A DNA stretch of 64,000 bases from an uncultured virus (IMG/VR IMGVR_UViG_3300009658_000598). Its lineage: Duplodnaviria; Heunggongvirae; Uroviricota; Caudoviricetes. The stretch is taken from the IMG/VR virus record IMGVR_UViG_3300009658_000598. The stretch is one strand, 5' to 3'. The stretch's first letter is position 1, and the number at the start of each line of letters is the position of its first letter. A program made the position numbers and the translations under genes. Under the pieces are notes generated by a model. The model made no database searches, had not been told where the DNA came from, and saw only the letters and a program-made list of their open reading frames with translations. Of this stretch, positions 37,425 to 47,315 are shown in pieces.

Positions 37425-38673
37425 CTGATACAGTCACATCCTTGTATTCGATTCTTTCTCCATTGCGTATCAAATACACATCATCAGCATTGCCCTCATG
37501 AAGTTTTATGTATCTTTCAACGGCAACATCAACGAACTTAGGTTCAAGTTCAACTCCAAAGCATACACGATTCAACTGGTCACAGGCAATAAGAGTAGAA
37601 GCACTTCCCAGGAACCCGTCCAGCACCATTCCGTTTGTCTGTGTACACTGGGAAATCAGATAGGCGATCAGCGGCACCGGCTTACTGGACGGATGTCCGC
37701 AGCCGTCCTCTTTGCTGTTTTTGATGCGGTCAAATTCAAACACAGTTTTCTGTTTCTGGTCGCCGTACCAGATATGCTTTCCGTCTTTTCTCCAGCCCCA
37801 GATAATTGGTTCATGGATATACTTCCAGTCGGTTCTGGTAAGAACAAGACGGTCTTTCTTCCATACAAGACCTGCACCCACCTTGAAACCTGCATCCTCA
37901 TAAGCATCATGGAATACACGAGCCTTGGAAGTTGCATAAAACACATAGATACTTGCATCTTTTGCCATTGCATCTTTGAATCTTTCAAATGCAGATTTCA
38001 GGAACTCATAGCCTTTTTCATCATCAAGGTCATCGTTTTTGATTTTACCCGATGTGCTTTCCAGGTTTACAAGATACGGTGGGTCCGTGCAGACAAGATT
38101 TACCTTTGTATCACCAAGAAGTGCCGCATAGGTTTCAGGCAGCGTGGAATCACCGCAGATAACTGTGTGCTTTCCAAGATGCCAGATGTCACCGGGTTTT
38201 GATTTGCAAGGCTTTTCAAGTTCTGCATCCACATCGAAATCATCTTCTTTGGCTTCATCGCTGTCAATTGCAAAGAGATCAGCAATTTCAGATTCATCAA
38301 ATCCGGTAAGACCGAGGTCAAAGCCGAGATTCTGGAGTTCTTCCATTTCAACAGCAAGTAACTCATCGTCCCAACCTGCGTCCATTGCCATTCTGTTGTC
38401 AGCCAGAATATACGCTTTCTTTTGTGCCTCTGTGAGATGGTCGGCATATACACAAGGAACTTCTGTGATGCCTTCTTCTTTTGCCGCCATGACACGTCCA
38501 TGACCGCAGAGAATATTATTTTCTCGGTCGATAATAACAGGATTTACAAATCCGAACTCACGCAGAGATGAGCGAAGTTTCAGAATCTGTTCCTTGTTAT
38601 GAGTTCTTGCATTGTTGGCATATGGAATCAGCTTGTCTGTTGCAATCAGCTGTAATTCTGTAGTCGTATTCAT
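37417..38673 (-). CDS. ParB-N fused adenine/N4-cytosine DNA methyltransferase
   Basis: YANNARTH...GHGR ParB domain; TDPPY, HPSSKP, DGFLGSAST. Confidence 0.88.
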   Translation of the reverse strand: MNTTTELQLIATDKLIPYANNARTHNKEQILKLRSSLREFGFVNPVIIDRENNILCGHGRVMAAKEEGITEVPCVYADHLTEAQKKAYILADNRMAMDAGWDDELLAVEMEELQNLGFDLGLTGFDESEIADLFAIDSDEAKEDDFDVDAELEKPCKSKPGDIWHLGKHTVICGDSTLPETYAALLGDTKVNLVCTDPPYLVNLESTSGKIKNDDLDDEKGYEFLKSAFERFKDAMAKDASIYVFYATSKARVFHDAYEDAGFKVGAGLVWKKDRLVLTRTDWKYIHEPIIWGWRKDGKHIWYGDQKQKTVFEFDRIKNSKEDGCGHPSSKPVPLIAYLISQCTQTNGMVLDGFLGSASTLIACDQLNRVCFGVELEPKFVDVAVERYIKLHEGNADDVYLIRNGERIEYKDVTVSDE

Positions 38674-38828
38674 GCTCCGTTTCTCCTTTTCAAAACTTTC
38701 TGTAAGCCTTTTCTGGCATCCATGACCTTTCCGCTTGCTGCCTGACCTTTCAGGGTACGGTACTGTTGTTTCGTCATTTTCTGGCGGTTAGCTTTCAGGT
38801 CTCGCCAGAACTGAGTGTCTGCTTTCAT
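38670..38828 (-). CDS. Small basic hypothetical protein (52 aa)
   Basis: MKADTQFWRDLK...RRNGA, coupled ATGA overlap with the next gene; below the ORF-track size cut-off. Confidence 0.6.
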   Translation of the reverse strand: MKADTQFWRDLKANRQKMTKQQYRTLKGQAASGKVMDARKGLQKVLKRRNGA

Positions 38829-38835
38829 GTAAATC

Positions 38836-39360
38836 TCACTTTCTGCTGCGGAGCAGCTTTTCCATCATATCTTCATTCGGGTTGCCCTGGAACTCCACGG
38901 AGCAGTTTTCTCTCACAATCTGAAAAATCTGATTCCAGATTTGGTTTGCCTGTTTCATATAGTTCTGCGACATAGCCACATAGGGCGATGCAATTGCAGC
39001 ACCTGTCGTAGGGTGCTTGGAAATATATCCGTACTTGGTGACGATTTGCTCGCAGTGTATCCAACGTGAAATGCTCATTGCATACTGTTCCACCAGCTGA
39101 CGGCTGACAATTTTCTCACAGGAGCGTTCTTTCAGCCACTGATAAGTTTCGGTATACACCTCATCAGCAAGAAGTTTTGTACCATCACGCTGTAATTCCT
39201 GCATGAATTCTCTCACAGGAGGAACGTCAACTGAATCGATTTCAGCCGGCTGCATCATGACTTCCGCAGTTTTTCCTTCAGCAATCTTCTCGGTCAGAGC
39301 CTTTCTTGGTCTACCAGCACCAGGTCTTGCACCGCCACGGTTTGTACCGTCTTTTGCCAT
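38836..39360 (-). CDS. terS: Terminase small subunit (P27 family)
   Basis: RGGARPGAGRP N-terminus, AIASPYV; follows HNH. Confidence 0.8.
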   Translation of the reverse strand: MAKDGTNRGGARPGAGRPRKALTEKIAEGKTAEVMMQPAEIDSVDVPPVREFMQELQRDGTKLLADEVYTETYQWLKERSCEKIVSRQLVEQYAMSISRWIHCEQIVTKYGYISKHPTTGAAIASPYVAMSQNYMKQANQIWNQIFQIVRENCSVEFQGNPNEDMMEKLLRSRK

Positions 39361-39580
39361 GATGTCACCGCCTTTCTGAAATCAAAGAAATTCAAACAAA
39401 ATCGTAAAAATAAGCATAAAAAATGCCGACTGCAAAAGTCGGCAAATGTAGTTGATATCGGTATTTTTCGTTACTTTTAAGACCCAGGGGGCAATACGCC
39501 CTTTGAATACCCGTTTTTGTGCGTGAGAGGGGGCGCCGGTCTTTAGAATGTTCACATTTAGAGGTTTTTATCCCCCGGGG

Positions 39581-39931
39581 TCAGTATGTGTACTCCGGAT
39601 TGTTATCTTCCGTCCAGGTTTTCCTGTCATGGCATGATTTGCAGAGTGCCTGCCAGTTGGATTCATTCCAGAATAAATTCTTATCACCACGGTGTGGAAT
39701 GATATGGTCAACAACTGTTGCAGGAACGTATCTGCCCTGTGCCTGACACTTTACGCACAGCTGATGCTTCCGCAGGTATGCTTTGCTGACTCTCTGCCAC
39801 TTGCTGCCATAACCACGCTTGGCGGCTGATGGCCTGTCAGGGTGCAATGACTTGTGTTCAGAACAGTATCTTTCTTCAGTTAATTTCGGACATCCAGGGT
39901 GACCGCAGGGGTGCTTTGCTTTTCTTGGCAT
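39581..39931 (-). CDS. Packaging-associated HNH endonuclease
   Basis: CVKC...VVDHIIPH...NWQALCKSCHDRKT. Confidence 0.9.
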   Translation of the reverse strand: MPRKAKHPCGHPGCPKLTEERYCSEHKSLHPDRPSAAKRGYGSKWQRVSKAYLRKHQLCVKCQAQGRYVPATVVDHIIPHRGDKNLFWNESNWQALCKSCHDRKTWTEDNNPEYTY

Positions 39932-40008
39932 AGGTTCACCTCTTCGATTGCATAAGAAAAGCCCTCACAGGATTGCTCCCATGAAAGCTGTCCTCATTCT
40001 TTTTCGCT

Positions 40009-40059
40009 ATTATAATAATACCACAGATCAGGTGTGACATTCTGTGACAAAGTGTGCTA
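40009..40059 (-). promoter_or_regulatory. Putative activator-dependent late promoter
   Basis: TATAAT at 40009-40014, no consensus -35; TGTGACA/TGTGACA/TGTGCTA repeats at 10-bp period. Confidence 0.6.
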
Positions 40060-40063
40060 ACTT

Positions 40064-40474
40064 TCAATCCGGGACTAAAAAATTTTGAAGTGCCGACCCA
40101 TGTATGCGATGCACTGTTCTAACCGACACATAAAGCATCTGGGCGATTTCTTCCCAACTAAAGCCTTCAAGATACCGGTAGCGGAGAACTAACTGTTCAT
40201 CACGATTGTTCATATTATCGATTGCCATATTGATTTCACCTTTGATTTTTACCAGATAGGAAACCTTATCTGCCACATCATGCTGTATCTCGTCAATCTT
40301 TTCGATACATTTGGCAAAAGGTGCTTCGGTAGAGCGATTTGAGTTGTAGTGTTCTTCAAAGCTACTACTTGAAACGTTGCTGGATAAATCTCTCCAATAG
40401 TCAATTTCACGTAGTCGGCAATGAATAAGTGCATCCAGGTGTCTTGCCTGGTTTAAGTATTCCTTAGCCGTCAT
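40064..40474 (-). CDS. ArpU/RinA-like late transcriptional activator (DUF1492-like)
   Basis: MTAKEYL N-terminus; LRYRY...SWEEIA..L.VS.R.VHRIH HTH; last early gene. Confidence 0.8.
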   Translation of the reverse strand: MTAKEYLNQARHLDALIHCRLREIDYWRDLSSNVSSSSFEEHYNSNRSTEAPFAKCIEKIDEIQHDVADKVSYLVKIKGEINMAIDNMNNRDEQLVLRYRYLEGFSWEEIAQMLYVSVRTVHRIHGSALQNFLVPD

Positions 40475-40707
40475 GTGTTCACCTCCTCACGGAGAGAGCG
40501 AATCAGCATCTCTCCATCCACGCTTGTCAGTGCCGAATACCACTGCGAACGAAAGAAACGCTCGACTTCTGCCTTATCATATCGTGCGCTTCTGTTGTTT
40601 GGATTCATTGCCAGACAATTCAATGTTGTCCGATAATCCTTCACTGCCTGCAGGATAATTGCATTTGCCAGGTTCTCATAATTTGTTATGCTGTGATTCT
40701 TACACAT
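40471..40707 (-). CDS. Conserved phage hypothetical protein
   Basis: YENLANAIILQAVKDYR...ERFFRSQW; GGAGGT RBS. Confidence 0.7.
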   Translation of the reverse strand: MCKNHSITNYENLANAIILQAVKDYRTTLNCLAMNPNNRSARYDKAEVERFFRSQWYSALTSVDGEMLIRSLREEVNT

Positions 40708-40762
40708 ATATTCCACCTCCGAAAAAATAGATTTCCTCGGATTGACTCTCATTGACTCTGAT

Positions 40763-42124
40763 TTACAATTCTGCCTTCACTGCTTCGATAAGTGCTGACT
40801 GTGTGCTGTCCTTATCGGTTAAGGCTTTCATAATTCGCTCATCAATCGTACCCTTGGTTACGATGTGAATGACCGATACCGTTTCTGCTTTCTGCCCCTG
40901 GCGGAACAGCCTGTCCACAGTCTGGATATACAGTTCCAGGCTCCATGTCAGTCCAAACCAGACAATGATATTTCCACCCTGCTGCAGATTCAGACCATGT
41001 CCGGCAGATGCTGGGTGAATCAGACCTACAGCAATCTTTCCGTCATTCCAATTCCGGATGCTGGCATCCGTAGAAATACAAGCATAGCTGGTTTTCAACT
41101 TTTGCAGCCGCTTATCAATACGCTCCAGATCATGCTTGTACCAGTAAGCCACCAACACTGGTCTGCCATTTGCCGATTCGATGATATCTTCCAACGCATC
41201 TAGTTTCTTGTCATGAATGCTGATTACTTCTCCGTCATCGGAATACACCGCACCGTTCGCCATCTGCACCAGTTTCCCGGAAAGTGCTGCTGCATTGGCG
41301 GCAGTGATTTCGCCGCCTTCGGTCAGTGGAAGAATCAAGTCCTTTTTCAGCGACTCGTACTTTTCTTTTTCTGCCTCATCCAGTGTGACTGTGTATTCTG
41401 AGTTCACCAATTCCGGCATCTGCAATAAGTCGGTGGATTTCATGGAAATCGTAATATCCGATATTTTGCGGTATATTTCTTCCTCTGCACCCGGCAGTAG
41501 CTTATATGAATACACGATGTTCCCATTGCACCTGTCCGGCTTGAAATAAGAACTTCGATACTGACCGATAAATCTGCCCAACCGTTCACCCATATCAAGG
41601 CATCGGAATTCTGCGAACAGATCCATCAATCCGTTACTGGAAGGTGTACCAGTAAGGCCGATTACCCGCTTCAGTCTTGGCCTGACTTTCATAAATGATT
41701 TAAACCTCTTTGACTGCCAGTTCTTAAAAGAAGAAAGCTCATCCAGCACGCACATATCAAAATCGAAGGGCAGACCACTCTCATCAATCAGCCATGACAG
41801 GTTTTCACGATTGATGATGTATATATCAGCATCTGCTTGTAGTGCTGCGATGCGTTCTTCCTGTGTGCCGACCGCCACTGCATATTTCAGGTCAGAAAGA
41901 TGATCCCATTTCTGTATCTCGTCCGGCCATGAGACCTTTGCAACACGGATCGGTGCTACAATCAGTACCTTCCGTACATCAAAGCTATCATGCAGCATAT
42001 CGTCAATGGCCGTGAGTGCAATACTGGTTTTACCAAGTCCACAGCCGAGTAATATTGCGGCTACAGGGTGAGTTTTGATATATTCTATAGCATATTTCTG
42101 ATACTCATGTGGATTGAATTTCAT
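40763..42124 (-). CDS. SNF2-family helicase
   Basis: GLGKT, LDELS, LTGTP, HGLNLQ, RLFRQGQ. Confidence 0.9.
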   Translation of the reverse strand: MKFNPHEYQKYAIEYIKTHPVAAILLGCGLGKTSIALTAIDDMLHDSFDVRKVLIVAPIRVAKVSWPDEIQKWDHLSDLKYAVAVGTQEERIAALQADADIYIINRENLSWLIDESGLPFDFDMCVLDELSSFKNWQSKRFKSFMKVRPRLKRVIGLTGTPSSNGLMDLFAEFRCLDMGERLGRFIGQYRSSYFKPDRCNGNIVYSYKLLPGAEEEIYRKISDITISMKSTDLLQMPELVNSEYTVTLDEAEKEKYESLKKDLILPLTEGGEITAANAAALSGKLVQMANGAVYSDDGEVISIHDKKLDALEDIIESANGRPVLVAYWYKHDLERIDKRLQKLKTSYACISTDASIRNWNDGKIAVGLIHPASAGHGLNLQQGGNIIVWFGLTWSLELYIQTVDRLFRQGQKAETVSVIHIVTKGTIDERIMKALTDKDSTQSALIEAVKAEL

Positions 42125-42386
42125 CAAGAATCCCTCCAATCTGCTCCGGGGTATCAAGGACATAAACCCTAAAGCCTAAATTTTCTATTAACCTGTGTCT
42201 GGAAAGCTGCAGCGGTCTCGGTTTTTCTCCTGGAGCTTTTACCTCCACCATGCCAAACTTCCTGTTCGGTAGAAATACCAATCGGTCGGGCATTCCATCA
42301 AAGCCCTGGCACACCCACTTAGGGCAAATGCCTCCGCGCTTTTTTACTTCCATCACTAACTGCTTTTCTATATATTTTTCTTGCAA
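42105..42386 (-). CDS. VRR-NUC nuclease
   Basis: GMPDR...VEVKAPG..PRPLQ. Confidence 0.88.
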   Translation of the reverse strand: MQEKYIEKQLVMEVKKRGGICPKWVCQGFDGMPDRLVFLPNRKFGMVEVKAPGEKPRPLQLSRHRLIENLGFRVYVLDTPEQIGGILDEIQST

Positions 42387-42422
42387 GGCTGACTCCTTTC
42401 ATCAGTGGGATAATTTATAGGC

Positions 42423-42518
42423 GGTGTCGCTCGTGTATCTCTATCCTTAAACCCTCTATATAGAATATTTTTTATTTTCATATAGAACTTTTATATAGAG
42501 AGATACACGAGTGACACC
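42423..42518. repeat. 20-bp inverted repeat around an AT-rich core (candidate origin)
   Basis: GGTGTCGCTCGTGTATCTCT / AGAGATACACGAGTGACACC, one mismatch. Confidence 0.8.
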
Positions 42519-42638
42519 TTTTAAGTTGCTCCACTTTTCAGAAATGACTGTCCCGACTGTCACCACAATATGTTAACCGCCGCAATATACAGCGAAAAAT
42601 ATAAAATTCTATATTTTGAGTGTCGTGACTGTCACCGT

Positions 42639-44924
42639 TTACTCCAAGAAGTCCTGTCCGTCCTTCAGCTTTAAGCCAACAATGACACGACCGCTTTTCT
42701 TTCTGTAACGGAAAAATCCGGCTTTCTCCAGACTTCCATAAAAATCAGAAGTGCTTCTGACAAACTCACCGCACTGAATGCACGACACCCTGTACTGCTG
42801 ATACAGCTCCCCGGACTTCTCCGAATAAGAAGGATCGACGTCACAGTGTTCCTCAATAAACTGTCCCAGCCAGTCGTTGTTCTCCCGATACTCGTTAATT
42901 GCATCAACCACCACCTGCGGCTCAGTGAACTTAAATCCCTTATTGATGGCAAGCTCCGCACCCTCGATAATCCATTTCATAATGGCAGAACCTGCGTGTT
43001 CAAAAAGGTAATCGGAGAAATTCTTGATATCCGACTTACCTGTGATTTTTGCATTAAAGGGAATGACAATCAGTCTGCGCCAAGTTCCGTCATCATTGGC
43101 AGATACCTTCGGCAGATGGTTGGTGTACAGCACCAGCGTATGAGACGGGTCGAAATGGAACGGGTCCTTATACTTCTTCTCCGCTTCTATAGGGTCAACG
43201 CTGCAGAGCTGCTTTACCATACCAGTGTTCAGGCGTGTGCCTTCTTCCAGCTCCGATGCAATGATGAGCCGCTTGCCTTTCAGCTCTGCCATCTCAGGCT
43301 TTACATTGCGCTTGCAGTTCATGGTCAGTGCCTCAGCAGAGATTTTGCCGGAGTAGTTTCCAAGCACACGAGCAATAGTGTTCCAGAAGGTGGACTTGCC
43401 GTTGGCACCGCCACCGTAAGCAATGATCATATGCTCCGCATACACCTTGCCGACTGCTGCCATACCTACGATTTCCTGCACATAGGAAATCAACGCCTTG
43501 TCCTTGCAGAAAAAAGTATCCAGAGTGTCCAGCCAAAGCTGCATCCCCTCATCTCCCGGTGAGCAATTCGTCACCTTGGTAATGAGATCATCCGGGTCAT
43601 GCGGGTGTCCGCCTGCCATACCTTTGGTGAGATCATAGGTCTGCTCCGGTGTATTCAGCAACTCTGCATCATAGTCCAACTCCGAAACATCAATTGCCAG
43701 CATCGGCTTTGCAGCATTCTGCGTATTCACGATGTTTTTGTAGTTGCGGTATTTCATGACGAACTTATGGTAGGTCTGCGCACCGATCAGAGCATACAGC
43801 AGTCCCATCTTTGCAGCAGGCACAGCCTTTTCCAGCGTCTTGCCACCTGTGCGGACAGATTCTTCCGGCACTCCGGCTACAATCAGTGCCTCCTCTGCGC
43901 TTTTGATGGCTTCATTCGCATCGGCAAGCTGAATATCCAGAAAATTCTCCGTAATACCGAGTGCCTTCTGCGTATCCTCATGCCAGCGGTCACCGCAGTA
44001 AGTAAGAAACCCCGTAGCATTGGTGAAACGCAGGCAGTCCATGTTCTCTCTCGACAGTACCTTTGCCTCGCCAATATCGGAATAGTCCTCCGGCTTCAGA
44101 CTACCGGCACCGAATTCATCGTTGAACTTATCCGGCGGGATATATCCGTCCTGTGCCTGAACCTTAGTGGCAAACTTCACAGCACTCTTCCAGATGGTAT
44201 CAAGCTCCGTCTTGGACAGCGGCGGCTCACATTTCTCAGCACGTTCCATATACAGCTGATGCGCCTTGTCCGTAATGCCGAACTTCTTTAATACACGCCC
44301 GGCAAAATGCGACATCGTATTGTTGCGGCTGCCCTCGGTGATAGAACCTCCCATATAGATTGGCATAGCGGCATCTTCCTGCTCCAGCATATCGGTTTCG
44401 TCCAGGTCTTCATCAATCTGAAGAAAACCGTCATGCCACACCACATCGTCCTCTGTACATTTACTCCCGAAAAAGAACCGGGCGGCATCGACTGCATTGT
44501 CATCAAAGAACGCATACTTTTTCTGAATCGCACTCTTGACCGCCGCATACAGTGTCGGATCGGTGTAGTCTGCTACCGGGAACAGCACATGATATTTCGG
44601 ACGAGCTGCCTTGCCGTTCTTTTCTTTCATATGATTGCGGCTCGGAATCAGCACAAACTGCATATCCTCGAAGATTTCCGTGAGCTTGTCCGCTGTCAGC
44701 CATTCCTCCGGCTTTTCAGAGTGATCGTTATCACAATCAAGCGGGATAACTGATGCCGAAATAAAGTTTTCGGTACTGCGGTAGTTGTCCTTGTACCTTG
44801 CAAACACCTGATCCTGAGCGATAGCCTCGACCATTTCTTTCTGATTGGTGATCTTCTTTTCGTGCGGATACAGGCAGTTCGCCGCTTTGCCGGTGCAATC
44901 CGCAGTGTATAAAATCAGTTCCAT
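42639..44924 (-). CDS. Primase-helicase (PriCT plus P4/D5 SF3 helicase)
   Basis: LDCDNDH, EGSRN, GGGANGKST, WRRL. Confidence 0.9.
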   Translation of the reverse strand: MELILYTADCTGKAANCLYPHEKKITNQKEMVEAIAQDQVFARYKDNYRSTENFISASVIPLDCDNDHSEKPEEWLTADKLTEIFEDMQFVLIPSRNHMKEKNGKAARPKYHVLFPVADYTDPTLYAAVKSAIQKKYAFFDDNAVDAARFFFGSKCTEDDVVWHDGFLQIDEDLDETDMLEQEDAAMPIYMGGSITEGSRNNTMSHFAGRVLKKFGITDKAHQLYMERAEKCEPPLSKTELDTIWKSAVKFATKVQAQDGYIPPDKFNDEFGAGSLKPEDYSDIGEAKVLSRENMDCLRFTNATGFLTYCGDRWHEDTQKALGITENFLDIQLADANEAIKSAEEALIVAGVPEESVRTGGKTLEKAVPAAKMGLLYALIGAQTYHKFVMKYRNYKNIVNTQNAAKPMLAIDVSELDYDAELLNTPEQTYDLTKGMAGGHPHDPDDLITKVTNCSPGDEGMQLWLDTLDTFFCKDKALISYVQEIVGMAAVGKVYAEHMIIAYGGGANGKSTFWNTIARVLGNYSGKISAEALTMNCKRNVKPEMAELKGKRLIIASELEEGTRLNTGMVKQLCSVDPIEAEKKYKDPFHFDPSHTLVLYTNHLPKVSANDDGTWRRLIVIPFNAKITGKSDIKNFSDYLFEHAGSAIMKWIIEGAELAINKGFKFTEPQVVVDAINEYRENNDWLGQFIEEHCDVDPSYSEKSGELYQQYRVSCIQCGEFVRSTSDFYGSLEKAGFFRYRKKSGRVIVGLKLKDGQDFLE

Positions 44925-45338
44925 TTAATCTGCCTCCTCGCAGTTTTCCGTAAAATAACGGATTTTCATGTTTTTTCGTTTTGCCTTGGCAATCTCGGCA
45001 CTCATGCCTTCCGTGACCAGTTCACCGAACACCCATAGCTCCTCGCATTTGCCAAGCAGCACCATGTCCATAAAAAGAGCAAGCTCCCGTTCCGCATCGT
45101 CACTCATAAACTGTGGAAACAACAAATGCGGAGCAATCGGTATCGCTTTGCTGTCTACGGCATATCTGCTATATTTTTTTGCTCTTTCTATATTCCCGGA
45201 TATATCCCCGGAAAATGGGCTGCATATATACACAAGCGGTCGATACCTCGCAGCTTTTTCCTCTCGCTCGACTTTTGAGAGTGCCTCATAGGTCGTTGGG
45301 TCATAATAGCCCTCGCTGTTAAACTTACTTATAGTCAT
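44925..45338 (-). CDS. DUF4406-like protein
   Basis: VYICSPF...APHL.FPQF...CEELWVFG. Confidence 0.75.
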   Translation of the reverse strand: MTISKFNSEGYYDPTTYEALSKVEREEKAARYRPLVYICSPFSGDISGNIERAKKYSRYAVDSKAIPIAPHLLFPQFMSDDAERELALFMDMVLLGKCEELWVFGELVTEGMSAEIAKAKRKNMKIRYFTENCEEAD

Positions 45339-45387
45339 CGAATCCCTCCTTTCCGATTAGTAGGGATAGACTTCTCCCTCTGGCAGT

Positions 45388-45626
45388 TATGTATTGCGAT
45401 TCTGCCTTTTTCCGTTTTGTGAGCCACGTCTATATAAAAATTTCCGCTATATTTTTTCCTATATAAAAGGAAGTCCCGTCCGCAGGTCGTGTGCCTGTGA
45501 ACGGGACTTTTTCTGTAAAACGGAAAACTGGCGAACTTTAATACATATCTGCTGTCGAGGGAAGAACGAAAAATATTTTTCAGGAATCTACTCACAAAAC
45601 GGAAAAACAGCTTTCCCAAATACATA
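45388..45626. promoter_or_regulatory. Three copies of the phage promoter motif driving divergent replication operons
   Basis: AAAACGGAA-N14-AATACATA at 45388-45418 (-), 45517-45547 (+) and 45596-45626 (+). Confidence 0.75.
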
Positions 45627-45671
45627 GCTGTCAGAAAGGGATAAGCCTTTCGGAAACGGAGGTGCTGCAAA

Positions 45672-45818
45672 ATGCAGGATGCGATACGAGAACGCACACA
45701 GCCGCTTGAGCCTGACGCAGTTGATGATGAACTCATTGATGTTCTTATCACCATCAGCGTGGTAGCCAAGAGACTGGCAGAAAAACTGAAAACCAAAGCA
45801 GAAAACGACAAGGAGTAA
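45672..45818 (+). CDS. Small hypothetical protein (48 aa)
   Basis: GGAGGT RBS; DELIDVLITISVVAKRLA; TAATG coupling to the next gene. Confidence 0.6.
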   Translation: MQDAIRERTQPLEPDAVDDELIDVLITISVVAKRLAEKLKTKAENDKE

Positions 45819-46186
45819 TGGCCATGAGTAAAATGAGCGAACTGTCGTTGGTACTTGATGAACTGATTACCTGCGGCGAAAACATGATCAAGGCAGCAAA
45901 TACCCTGAAAGAAATCTTTTCTTCTACTACAGAAGAAACCACAGCTGCTCCGGCGGTAAAGACGGACAAGCCTGCTGAACCAGTAGCCGAACCGCCAGTG
46001 AAAACCTATGAATTCACAGATGTCCGAAAGGCATTCTCGGCAAAATCCCATGACGGATACACCGAACAGGTCAAGGCTCTTATCACCAAATATGGGGCAA
46101 GCAAACTCAGCGACATCAAAAAGGAAGATTATCCCGCACTGATGTCTGACCTGGAGGTGATCGGATGCCACAGCACGCACGATTAA
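45818..46186 (+). CDS. Conserved phage replication-module protein
   Basis: MSKMSELS...VKALITKYGASKLSDI. Confidence 0.7.
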   Translation: MAMSKMSELSLVLDELITCGENMIKAANTLKEIFSSTTEETTAAPAVKTDKPAEPVAEPPVKTYEFTDVRKAFSAKSHDGYTEQVKALITKYGASKLSDIKKEDYPALMSDLEVIGCHSTHD

Positions 46187-47301
46187 ACTCCTCGGCAAGT
46201 CATCGGTGGTTAAACTGTCCGCCCAGCGTTCTGCTGAGCGAAAAGTACCCCGATCAGACAAGTCCATATGCAAGGCAGGGTACGGATGCACATACCCTGT
46301 GTGCCTACCTTGTAGAAAAGGCACTGGGCAGGGATTCTCCCGACCCGACAGAGGACCTCGATTACTACGATCAGGAAATGCAGGATTGTGCCGAAGGATA
46401 TGCCGCTTTTGTTATGGAAGAGTACGGCAAAATTAAGCAGACCTGCTCCGATGCAGATGTTCTCATCGAGCAGAGAGTCAGCTTCGCCCAATGGGTGCCG
46501 GAGGGCTTTGGTACAGCCGACTGCATTATCCTTGCAGATGGCGTAGCAGAGGTTATTGATTACAAACATGGTCTGGGCATTCTGGTGAGTGCCGAAACCG
46601 AGAAATTCGGCGGCAACCCACAGCTGATGTGTTACTGCCTTGGTGTTATCCAGATGTTTGACGGCATCTATGACATTGACACCGTAAAGATGGCAATTTA
46701 TCAGCCGCGCCGGGATAACATCAGCATCCACACCATGACCAAGGCGGAGCTTCTCCGCTGGGCAGATGAGGTGCTTGCACCCACTGCACAACTTGCCTTA
46801 AAGGGCGAGGGTGAATTCAAAGCCGGAAGTCACTGTCAGTTCTGCAAGGCAAAAGCCACCTGCCGCAAGCGTGCCGAATACAATATGGAACTTGCGAAAT
46901 ATGACTTTGCGATGCCTGCAGAACTGGAGAACTACGAAATCGATGCCATCCTTATGAGAATCGACCAGTTTACTTCCTGGGCGGCCGATGTAAAGGAATA
47001 CGCATTAAACCAGGCTCTGCTTGGTACGGACTACGGTCACTTTAAGGTGGTCGAAGGCCGCAGCAATCGAAAATACACCAATGACGATGATGTAGCATCG
47101 GCAGTCCAAAAAGCCGGATATGACCCATATGAGAAAAAGCTCCTGGGCATTACGGCAATGACCTCACTTCTCGGCAAGAAGAAGTTTGAGGAGCTGCTTG
47201 GCAGTCTTACTTATAAGCCACCGGGCAAACCAACCTTAGTTTCTAAGACGGACAAGCGTCCGCCAATGAAGAATACAGCAGAAAATGATTTCAAAGAGTA
47301 A
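46165..47301 (+). CDS. DUF2800 Cas4-like PD-(D/E)xK nuclease
   Basis: RWLNCPPS, FGTADC, IDYKHG, HCQFC...C. Confidence 0.85.
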   Translation: MPQHARLNSSASHRWLNCPPSVLLSEKYPDQTSPYARQGTDAHTLCAYLVEKALGRDSPDPTEDLDYYDQEMQDCAEGYAAFVMEEYGKIKQTCSDADVLIEQRVSFAQWVPEGFGTADCIILADGVAEVIDYKHGLGILVSAETEKFGGNPQLMCYCLGVIQMFDGIYDIDTVKMAIYQPRRDNISIHTMTKAELLRWADEVLAPTAQLALKGEGEFKAGSHCQFCKAKATCRKRAEYNMELAKYDFAMPAELENYEIDAILMRIDQFTSWAADVKEYALNQALLGTDYGHFKVVEGRSNRKYTNDDDVASAVQKAGYDPYEKKLLGITAMTSLLGKKKFEELLGSLTYKPPGKPTLVSKTDKRPPMKNTAENDFKE

Positions 47302-47315
47302 AGGAGACCACTATT

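Noticed and set aside
45335..46324. 329-aa minus-strand ORF
   Set aside because: It crosses the promoter region and is antisense to real genes; the composition is not protein-like.
46165..47301. Cas4-like gene as evidence of CRISPR-Cas
   Set aside because: It sits in the standard DUF2800-DUF2815-PolA phage module with no array.
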